From Candidatus Fraserbacteria bacterium (GTDB taxonomy: Bacteria; Bipolaricaulota; Bipolaricaulia; RBG-16-55-9): 23,874 nt of DNA. A program made the translations under genes and the position numbers. The notes under the pieces were generated by a model. It saw nothing but the letters and a program-made list of their open reading frames with translations. It searched no databases and was not told where the DNA came from. Positions 1-7,089 of the stretch are shown in pieces. The DNA lies in assembly GCA_037442925.1 (NCBI GenBank), contig JBBIPG010000034.1, forward strand, positions 1 through 23,874, in the 5' to 3' direction. How positions within the stretch are numbered: the first letter of the stretch is position 1; every line of letters begins with the position of its first letter.

Positions 1-19
1 GCCTCATGGTCAGTTCCAT
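1..19 (-). CDS. 5' end of a gene running off the window (MELTMR...)
   Basis: The minus strand reads AAGGAGG-caacc-ATG GAA CTG ACC ATG AGG, a strong Shine-Dalgarno (SD) at good spacing. Only 6 codons are visible. Confidence 0.6.
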
Positions 20-132
20 GGTTGCCTCCTTGCTCTGAGAGACAACCAAAACCTCCTCTCGGGTTCGAGTACTTTCTTACCTGAGGCAACGATCCCGTTT
101 GGAGTACTTTTTTGATGAGGCAATTCGAGCAC

Positions 133-162
133 TTGACAGCGCAACCATCCACCGAGTATACT
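133..162 (+). promoter_or_regulatory. sigma70-type promoter for the riboswitch/ncRNA transcript
   Basis: TTGACA (133-138), 18 nt, TATACT (157-162). Predicted start is about 168-169. Confidence 0.75.
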
Positions 163-176
163 TTTTTAGACCATCC

Positions 177-334
177 GAACGTCCGACAAAGGCAAACTCC
201 TCGAAAGGGGGGGACGCAAAGCCGTAGGCCTAAAGAGAGTCGGATGAGTCACAAAGTCTAAAGAGTCCAACAGACTCAGAAGACTCCAGCGGCTCAGAAG
301 ACTCCCATGGCGGCTAGGTTGCCGAAGATCGTTC
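177..334 (+). ncRNA. c-di-GMP-I (GEMM) riboswitch aptamer with enlarged P3
   Basis: GGCAAAC-TCCTC-GAAA-GGGGG-GGACGCAAAGCC-GTAGGCCTAAA...ATGGCGGCTAGGTTGCCG matches the class I consensus: GNRA tetraloop, CTAAA receptor, GACGCAAAG junction. G at the G20-equivalent position indicates c-di-GMP rather than c-AMP-GMP. P1 is 177-185/323-334. Confidence 0.9.
237..304 (+). repeat. 9-nt-periodic inverted repeat array (4x GAGTC-like, then 4x GACTC-like)
   Basis: GAGTC at 237, 246, 263 and AAGTC at 254. GACTC at 273, 282, 300 and GGCTC at 291. Confidence 0.85.
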
Positions 335-357
335 TGACATGTTTTCTTGCGATTATA

Positions 358-724
358 GAGCTACCTCCTTGCAGGCAGGGTACGCTTGGCCGAGCGGGGT
401 GCCAGCGTGCACCCAAGCTTCCGATCTCCCAGAGTTTTCTCGTGGGCCCACCTCCTGTTTCAATTCTCGCGAGTTTTTGCTCAGGAATCGAAGAGGTGCT
501 CGGCCAAGCGTTTTCCTCATCTAGCGGTGAGAGGGAGTAGGGGAGAGCCGTAGGCCACGTTCCGTGTCCTTGGGGGTTAAGTTCGGATGGTCCCTCAAGG
601 CCGTGAGCGTGGTCTACGTATTTCACGGGTTCCTTAGGCATGGAGCGAGAAAGTAAAAGGCTGCCAATGAGAGTGTAGCGGGTTCGCTGGGGCCGTTTTG
701 AATCTGCCACCGCGGCTGTAGCTC
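358..724 (+). ncRNA. putative large structured non-coding RNA of unknown family
   Basis: Stems seen by eye: 358-364/718-724, 374-379/703-708, 382-395/498-511 (14 bp perfect), 397-402/409-414, 418-425/487-493, 516-520/527-531, 546-551/712-717, 550-559/608-617, 568-576/592-600, 601-606/623-628, 677-680/685-688. The wobble pairs are G-U on the + strand. There is no ORF with an RBS. Confidence 0.6.
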
Positions 725-810
725 CTTTCCCCCCTGACCCGCGTCCCCTAAGATATTACCACAAATGAGGGCCTTCCGGCAAGGGGACACTTCTAGGGGG
801 ATCGTTTCAT

Positions 811-2013
811 CTACAGCTCCAAAGACTTGGCGATGGTCTCTTTCTGGATCTCGTCGGTCCCTTCGACGATGCGTAAGATTCGAGCGAAGCGAAAGATCCG
901 TTCGATGGGCAGCTCCTTCATTACCCCCATGCCCCCGTGGATCTGCACGGCACGATCGGCCAGGCGGTAGAGCATGTTCGTCGCGTACCACTTGGCCATC
1001 GAACTTTCCGCAATGATTGGCTCTCCTTGATCCATCTTCCAGGAGGCGTTCAAGACCATCTGCTCGGCGGCATAGAGCTCTGCAGCGGATTCAGCGAGCA
1101 TTCCTCGAATATGCTGATACTTGCTAATGGGTTTCCCAAAGGCCGTGCGGAGGTTGGCGTACTCAACCGAGCGCTTCAGAAGATAGTGGGCTAGGCCGAT
1201 GCTCCAGCTGGCAATGTTGAGTCGTCCGATCCCCAGCCAGCTCATGGCGATATAAAAGCCCATGCCCTCCTGACCGATGACGTTCTCGAGGGGGACTTTA
1301 CAGTTTTCAAAGATGAGTTCTGCCTGGGAGCCATCGTCGATGATGCTACGATTGATCTTCCCCATCTGATATCCGGGGGTATCGCGCTCCACGAGGAAGG
1401 CCGTCACGCCCAGATAGCCATGCTCTTTGTACGTCTTAGGATCTGTGATGGCGAAGACCTGGGCGAAGTCGGCATCGGCCGCGTTCGTGATGAAGGTCTT
1501 CATGCCGTTCAGAATATAGAAGTTGCCCTTCTTCTCTGCTCGGGTTTTCAAGTTCTTGATGTCGGAACCGGCTTCGGGCTCTGTGAGCGCAAAGCAGGTT
1601 GTCTTCTCCCCACGGATGAGTGGCTTCAGATACTTTTCACGCTGGAGTTCGTCGAGTTGCAGAAGCATTGGGCTCGGACCTTCCGGGCCGGATAACACGA
1701 CGACATTGAGTCCCAGTCCATGGCGGAAGACTTCCGTAGCGGCATAGAACATGCCGACGCGGTTTATGCCGCCGCCACCGATGTCTGTCGGCATGTGCAT
1801 CGCGTAGTATCCCAACTCAGCGGAGCGGCGGCGCACGTGACTCAAAATTCCTTTGAACTCAGGCACGAGGCTCCCGTCGTCTCGCAGACGGGCGCGCTCG
1901 TCTTCCAAGAATCTCTTATGCTTTTCTTCCAAAGGCCGGACTTCTTTCTCTAAGAACGAGCGGAGTCCGCGACAGATCATCTGGATCTCTTCTGGAACTG
2001 TGAAGTCAACCAT
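811..2013 (-). CDS. acyl-CoA dehydrogenase
   Basis: FALTEPEAGSD, LNGMKTFITNA, RTAFGKPI, VQIHGGMG and IVEGTDEIQK motifs; 400 aa. Confidence 0.95.
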   Translation of the reverse strand: MVDFTVPEEIQMICRGLRSFLEKEVRPLEEKHKRFLEDERARLRDDGSLVPEFKGILSHVRRRSAELGYYAMHMPTDIGGGGINRVGMFYAATEVFRHGLGLNVVVLSGPEGPSPMLLQLDELQREKYLKPLIRGEKTTCFALTEPEAGSDIKNLKTRAEKKGNFYILNGMKTFITNAADADFAQVFAITDPKTYKEHGYLGVTAFLVERDTPGYQMGKINRSIIDDGSQAELIFENCKVPLENVIGQEGMGFYIAMSWLGIGRLNIASWSIGLAHYLLKRSVEYANLRTAFGKPISKYQHIRGMLAESAAELYAAEQMVLNASWKMDQGEPIIAESSMAKWYATNMLYRLADRAVQIHGGMGVMKELPIERIFRFARILRIVEGTDEIQKETIAKSLEL

Positions 2014-2061
2014 GCGCCCTCATCCCCTTTGTCTGATTTCCCGAACTTTACGGTGCGGCCG

Positions 2062-2496
2062 CTAGACGTCTGAATTCTTCCGCTTGCTGAAGTAGATGAT
2101 GTCAGAATGTCTTTGATAACCCAGTCTCTTAAAAACCTCCAGGGACGCCGCGTTCCAGTCTTCGACCAAGCAGGCATAGATCTCGATTCCTAGAGCCGAT
2201 AGACGCTTCTCCGCCTCTTCGACCAGCCTCCTCGCAATGCCGTGCCTGCGATAAGCGGGAGCTACGGCAAGACGATTGATCCATCCCTTTCGTCCATCGT
2301 GGGTGCAGAGAAGAGAGCCAATGAAGGCACCGTCCGTTTCTGCTACCAGATAGATGGATGTCGGCTGCCGAATCTGACGTCCGATCTCGTCTCGGCTATC
2401 GCGACCTTCGGGCTTGTAGGGAAGTCCTGCTTCCTCCCAGAGCGTGATGAGGGCGTTGTAGTCCGCAAGGCGAAGTTCGCGAATCGTGATATCCAT
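2062..2496 (-). CDS. GNAT family N-acetyltransferase (YpeA-like)
   Basis: HDGRKGWINRLAVAPAYRRHGIARRL acetyl-CoA-binding motif A; C-terminal N...F..LGY. Confidence 0.9.
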   Translation of the reverse strand: MDITIRELRLADYNALITLWEEAGLPYKPEGRDSRDEIGRQIRQPTSIYLVAETDGAFIGSLLCTHDGRKGWINRLAVAPAYRRHGIARRLVEEAEKRLSALGIEIYACLVEDWNAASLEVFKRLGYQRHSDIIYFSKRKNSDV

Positions 2497-2521
2497 CACA
2501 TTGTCTTCTGTTTTGATGTTC

Positions 2522-4093
2522 TTATGGTTCTGTCGTCTGCGGCTTCCGTTTCGTTCGGTACTGTTCTCTTAGCGTGCTCTTTAGGATTTTCCCTGTGCCG
2601 CTCTTGGGCAATTCCTTCACAAATTCAACACCCTTGGGCACTTTGTAGGGCGAAAGATGCTTCTTGCAGAAGGACCGCAAGTCTTGCTCTGTCGCGTGAT
2701 GACCTTCGCGCAGCACGACTACAGCTCGAATGGCTTGAATCCATTTTTCATCTGGCACACCGATGACAGCAGCTTCTAGCACAGCCGGATGTCCGTAGAG
2801 CACAGACTCGACTTCTGTGGAATAGACGTTCTCACCGCCGGTGATGATCATGTCATCTTTTCTGTCGACAATGTAGATATAGCCCTCTTCGTCATACTTG
2901 GCCATGTCCTTTGTGTGGTACCAAGATCCACGCAGGGCTATTTCCGTCTCCTCGGGTCGATTCCAGTAGCCCTTCATCACGTTTGGGCCGTGAACGAGGA
3001 TCTCGCCGATCTGGCCCGGCTTTACGTCCCGATCGTTCTCATCTACAATGCGTACCTCGACTCCCAAGATGGGTTTTCCAGCGGAAGCAAGGATCTCTTC
3101 TTTGCCTGCGAGCCCACGCTGATGATCCTCTGCCGTGAGGATACTGACCAGAGGAGAGGCCTCCGTCATGCCATAGCCTTGCTGAAAATGGCAGCGAAAG
3201 ACCTTCATGGCTCGCTTCAAGACCTCGACCGGCATGGGCGAAGCACCGTACAGTATTTGGCTGAGACTACTGAGGTTCCACTTGTCCACGCTGGGATGAT
3301 TGAGCAGCCAGTTGATCATCGTGGGGATCAAGACGACCGTGGTGGCCTTCTTGGTCTCAATCGTCTGAAGAACGGCTTCGGGGTCAAAGCGGGGGACGAA
3401 GGCATGGGTTCCGCCGTTCCAGGTGACGGTGAAGGTGCCGGCCCCATCAGCCAGATGGAACATGGGAGCGGCATGCAAATAGACGCTATCGCCGTAGAAC
3501 TCAAAGGCGAGCTGGGCGTGGTAGGCGTTCATCATGAGGTTCTTGTGGGTGAGCATGGCTCCTTTGGGCTGACCGGTCGTTCCGCTGGTGTAGAAGAGTC
3601 CCACGAGATCATCCTCTGTGATGGATACATCTGGGTCTTCCGCAGAGGATTTCTCCAGAAGTTCCTCGTAAGCGATCATGGCCGGGGGAGCATCTTTCCC
3701 AGCAAAGAGAAAGTGCCGGACACCCAAGAGCGTGAGTTGCTCCATGTGTGGTTTGAGATGTTCGTAGATCGTGGTATCGAGCGCGAAGGCTTTGGGCTGG
3801 CAATCTGCCAGAGCATAAGCGAATTCTTTGGGTCCCCAACGGATGTTAAGCGGCACGATAACCAGCCCTGCAAACATCGAGCCGTAATAGAGCTCGAGAA
3901 AGCGATGGCAGTTGAGCATGAGGACGGCCACCCGGTCACCCTTCTCTAGACCCAGGCCGAGAAGTCCGTTGGCCAGACGCAGGACGCGCTCATAGAACTG
4001 AGCGTAGGTCCACTCTTGTGGGCCGCACGTGGCAGCAATGCGTTTGGGGCACATGCGCACCGGACGTCGTAGGGTATTGCGAAGGTCGAGCAT
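2522..4093 (-). CDS. long-chain fatty acid--CoA ligase (AMP-binding family)
   Basis: YTSGTTGQPKG, GYGMTEASP, DRKDDMIITGGENV and LPKSGTGKILK motifs. Start moved to ATG 4093, which follows a GAGGT SD. Confidence 0.95.
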   Translation of the reverse strand: MLDLRNTLRRPVRMCPKRIAATCGPQEWTYAQFYERVLRLANGLLGLGLEKGDRVAVLMLNCHRFLELYYGSMFAGLVIVPLNIRWGPKEFAYALADCQPKAFALDTTIYEHLKPHMEQLTLLGVRHFLFAGKDAPPAMIAYEELLEKSSAEDPDVSITEDDLVGLFYTSGTTGQPKGAMLTHKNLMMNAYHAQLAFEFYGDSVYLHAAPMFHLADGAGTFTVTWNGGTHAFVPRFDPEAVLQTIETKKATTVVLIPTMINWLLNHPSVDKWNLSSLSQILYGASPMPVEVLKRAMKVFRCHFQQGYGMTEASPLVSILTAEDHQRGLAGKEEILASAGKPILGVEVRIVDENDRDVKPGQIGEILVHGPNVMKGYWNRPEETEIALRGSWYHTKDMAKYDEEGYIYIVDRKDDMIITGGENVYSTEVESVLYGHPAVLEAAVIGVPDEKWIQAIRAVVVLREGHHATEQDLRSFCKKHLSPYKVPKGVEFVKELPKSGTGKILKSTLREQYRTKRKPQTTEP

Positions 4094-4122
4094 GTTCTTC
4101 AACCTCTGTTTCGTCGCTGACT

Positions 4123-5265
4123 CTAGATTACTCTTTCTTGAGTGAGCCGATCAATATCTGCCTGCGAGTACCCAAACTCTGCCAGGATCTCGTGTGTGTG
4201 TTCGCCCAACTCTGGGGCAGAGTGATCTTCCTTTTCTCGACTGCCGCTCACCTGAACAGGTAAGACAATGCCCATTTCATCTTCGTGGATCAGTTTCCGT
4301 TCACGCACATGTGGGTCTCGGACCACTTCAGCTAGATTGAGTACAGGAGCCACTGGAATCTCTTTCGGGTCGAGCTCTTTGAGCCACTCGGCTTGCGTCT
4401 TCGAGCCAAAAGTGGCTTTGAGCGACTGAAAGATCTCTTCGCGCTTGTCTTCCGAGAACTGATGGGGGATGAATTCAGGCTTGCCCAGCACATGGCAGAG
4501 CTTGGCCCAGAATTTCTCTTCTAGCACGCCGACAGCAAGGTATTTCCTGTCTCGGGTCTCGTAGATGTGATAGCACGGGAATCCGCCCGTTAGCACGAGT
4601 TCTTGAGATCGGAGAGGCTTTTTAGTGACCAAATATTCTGCAAAATGGATCGTAAGCCAGGAGACGACGGTATCCGTGAGCGAGACATCGAGATAAGCTC
4701 CCCCTTTGCCCTGCTCTCTCGCGTGCAGGGCTGCCAGTACAGAAACAGTAGCAAACATGGCTCCGCAGAGATCGGCCACCGGCACTCCGGGGATGACAGG
4801 CACTTCGCCCGTCAGACTGAGAAGCCCTGCCCGAGCGATGTAGTTGACATCGTGGCCGACATGATCGCGGTAGGGGCTTTTCTGCCCGTAACCCGTAAGC
4901 GAGCAATAGATGATGTTGGGATTCGCTTCATGCACATGCTCATAGTCAATCCCCAATCGCTGGACTACTCCCGGTCGGAAGCCTTCCATGACAACGTCCG
5001 TCCTCTGGGCCAGCTGAAGAAAGATCTCTCGGCCCTTGGGCGCTTTTAGATCCAGCGTCAGGCTCTTCTTATTGCGATTGAGGGCCAGAAAGGGAGCGCT
5101 CTTCTCGTTGATCAGAGGCGGAACCCAACGTACGGGATCTCCGTGCTGGGGCTCTTCGATCTTGATGACCTCGGCGCCCAAATCGGCCAAGAGGAGCGTG
5201 GCATACGGGCCGGGCAGTAGTCTCGTGAGGTCGAGCACTCGAATTCCAGTGAGAAAATCTCGCAT
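4123..5265 (-). CDS. CaiB/BaiF class III CoA-transferase
   Basis: VLDLTRLLPGP, ADLGAEVIKIE, NRNKKS, FRPGV, GHDVNY and APELGEHT motifs. Confidence 0.95.
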   Translation of the reverse strand: MRDFLTGIRVLDLTRLLPGPYATLLLADLGAEVIKIEEPQHGDPVRWVPPLINEKSAPFLALNRNKKSLTLDLKAPKGREIFLQLAQRTDVVMEGFRPGVVQRLGIDYEHVHEANPNIIYCSLTGYGQKSPYRDHVGHDVNYIARAGLLSLTGEVPVIPGVPVADLCGAMFATVSVLAALHAREQGKGGAYLDVSLTDTVVSWLTIHFAEYLVTKKPLRSQELVLTGGFPCYHIYETRDRKYLAVGVLEEKFWAKLCHVLGKPEFIPHQFSEDKREEIFQSLKATFGSKTQAEWLKELDPKEIPVAPVLNLAEVVRDPHVRERKLIHEDEMGIVLPVQVSGSREKEDHSAPELGEHTHEILAEFGYSQADIDRLTQERVI

Positions 5266-5276
5266 GGGAACCCCTC

Positions 5277-5305
5277 TTGACAGCTGCTTTACTTTGCATT
5301 ATGAT
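5277..5305 (+). promoter_or_regulatory. sigma70-type promoter, probably for hup
   Basis: TTGACA, 17 nt, TATGAT. Confidence 0.65.
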
Positions 5306-5500
5306 CCAGGCACGCGGGGTACGCAAATGCTTCGAAGTCTAGATGGGAAGAGGAATTTATGTCACTGGGCGGGGGAGGGGGGTGGGAAAGAGGATCAACG
5401 GGAGACGAGAAAGCGAGTAAGCACGGGAAACTAACAGTCAGTCGGTGAAACACCCTATGCAAAGATTCGGCCCCTGAGCGAAGGAAGAGGAGAATCTCTC

Positions 5501-5776
5501 ATGAACAAACAACAATTTACCGAGCAACTCGCTCGAAAGACGCAACTCCCTAAGCGGAAGGCTGGGGAGACCTTGGACGCCCTCTTAGGCCTGATCGTGG
5601 AATCTTGCCAACGCAATGAAAAGGTGAGATTAACGGGCTTTGGCACCTTTGAGCCCTATCAACGGAAGGCAGCGCGGCGCATCAATCCCCGCACCAAGCA
5701 GTCGATCCAAGTGCCCGCTCGCTGGGTGCCCAAGTTTCGACCCAGCACAGGCTTTAAGAAAGCACTGGCCAGATAG
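5501..5776 (+). CDS. hup: HU family DNA-binding protein
   Basis: MNKQQF...VRLTGFGTF...RINPRT...PKFRPSTGFK; preceded by a GAGGAG SD. Confidence 0.93.
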   Translation: MNKQQFTEQLARKTQLPKRKAGETLDALLGLIVESCQRNEKVRLTGFGTFEPYQRKAARRINPRTKQSIQVPARWVPKFRPSTGFKKALAR

Positions 5777-5817
5777 ATAGAGGTTGAACTTCGATCTGAA
5801 TCGAACTCTTTCGAGTG

Positions 5818-5853
5818 AAGAGGGGCTCCTCAGGCAGGGCCCCTCTTTTGCTT
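5818..5853 (+). terminator. intrinsic terminator after hup
   Basis: AAGAGGGGC...GCCCCTCTT stem followed by TTGCTTT. Confidence 0.75.
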
Positions 5854-5874
5854 TCAGGATTCGATGGGGAGCCC

Positions 5875-6939
5875 ATGCCCAAATTCGCGAAGAGAAGATC
5901 GCAAAAGGTTGGCCTTTCACCAGGAACCCTTGTCCACATCGGTGAGAAAAAGGCAGAGACAGTTAAGATTACCCTCATCGATTACGATGAATCCCACCTC
6001 CAAGAAAGAGAAGTAGGCGCCGTCGAAGAGTGCTTTCCCTTTAGAGAAGAACCCACCGTCACGTGGATCAACGTCGATGGCCTCCATCAGCCGGACGTCA
6101 TCGAAGCCCTGGGGAAGCACTTCGGCCTGCACCCCCTGGTACTGGAAGACATCTTGAGCACGGGTCAGCGTCCTAAGATGGAAGACTTTGAAGATCATAT
6201 CTTTATCGTCGTGCGGATGCTAAGCTACAACGAAAAGAAGGGTGAAACAGAAGACGAACAGGTGAGTCTGATTCTCGGCCGCCATTTCGTGCTCTCCTTT
6301 CAGGAGACCGAAGGGGATGTCTTCGATTCCATCAGGGCGCGAATTCGCAACGGCAAAGGGCGCATACGAAGAATGGGGGCTGACTATCTGGCCTACGCTT
6401 TGATCGATGCCATCGTCGACCACTATTTCGTCGTCCTGGAGCGGCTGGAAGACCGGATCGAGGCGTTGCACGAGGAGCTGGTAGCCAATCCTGCTCCTAC
6501 AACTTTGCAGGAGATTCAACATTTGAAGAGGGAAATGATCTTCTTGCGAAAGTCAATCTGGCCGTTGCGGGAGGTGATCAGCGGCTTGCAGCGGGGCGAG
6601 TCCACTCTGTTTCAAGAAACGACTCGGATCTACCTCCGAGATGTCTATGATCATGCGATTCAAGTGATCGACACGATAGAGACGTTTCGGGATATGATCT
6701 CCGGTATGCTAGATATCTATCTCTCGAGCCTGAGCCACAAGATGAACGAAATCATGAAAGTGTTGACGATCATTGCGACGATCTTCATCCCGTTGACGTT
6801 CATAGCCGGGGTATATGGGATGAATTTCGAGTACATGCCGGAGCTTCGGTGGCGTTGGGGATACTTTGCGGTCGTAGCTCTTATGTTTGTGATTGCGGGC
6901 TTCATGCTCGTCTATTTTCGAAAGAAGAAATGGATGTGA
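5875..6939 (+). CDS. corA: magnesium/cobalt transporter CorA
   Basis: GLSPGTL N-terminus, QRPKMEDF, GVYGMNFEYMPEL signature, two C-terminal TM helices. ATG 5875 follows a GGGGAG SD. Confidence 0.95.
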   Translation: MPKFAKRRSQKVGLSPGTLVHIGEKKAETVKITLIDYDESHLQEREVGAVEECFPFREEPTVTWINVDGLHQPDVIEALGKHFGLHPLVLEDILSTGQRPKMEDFEDHIFIVVRMLSYNEKKGETEDEQVSLILGRHFVLSFQETEGDVFDSIRARIRNGKGRIRRMGADYLAYALIDAIVDHYFVVLERLEDRIEALHEELVANPAPTTLQEIQHLKREMIFLRKSIWPLREVISGLQRGESTLFQETTRIYLRDVYDHAIQVIDTIETFRDMISGMLDIYLSSLSHKMNEIMKVLTIIATIFIPLTFIAGVYGMNFEYMPELRWRWGYFAVVALMFVIAGFMLVYFRKKKWM

Positions 6940-7089
6940 GCTGTGACCTTTGCTGCTGTCAGGATTGCACCAATGGGGTTATAATAGAACTTGCGGAGGG
7001 CTTGGTTCGGCTGCTTGAGTTTTTCTCCACGCCAGCACCTCCGGCGTGGCTTTTTCCCAACAGCCTCCAAGCCCTCTTTTTCTCGCTCT

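Noticed and set aside
237..304. CRISPR array or methylation-site (GANTC) cluster
   Set aside because: The units are only 5 nt, there are no spacers or cas genes, and the inverted arrangement is explained by a hairpin.
542..576. Group II intron domain V look-alike (GGAGAGCCGTA...)
   Set aside because: There is no closing CGGTTC strand, no GTGCG 5' end and no RT gene.
169..592. Invertible DNA switch bounded by the 12-bp inverted repeat
   Set aside because: No recombinase is in the window, and no gene would be switched by the inversion. The repeat's position at the transcript start and in a hairpin loop fits RNA pairing better. Not fully excluded.
573..695. raiA-motif-like words (CTACGTA, GCATGGAGCG, AAGTAA, CTGCC)
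   Set aside because: The resemblance is from memory only, and the expected pairings are not reproduced. It needs cmsearch.
294..710. ORFs 294-710 (-), 307-540 (+), 339-524 (+) and the 12-codon 640-678 (+)
   Set aside because: No suitably spaced RBS, no recognisable motifs, and they overlap the riboswitch or structured RNA.
358..724. RNase P RNA (similar size, helix order and scattered words such as GGAGCGAG, AGGCTGC, TGAAT)
   Set aside because: It lacks GAGGAAAGUCC with its bulged U and the ACAGAA-CCGGCUUA region. Not called as rnpB.
2789..3949. 386-aa + strand ORF
   Set aside because: Antisense shadow of the CoA ligase; no motifs.
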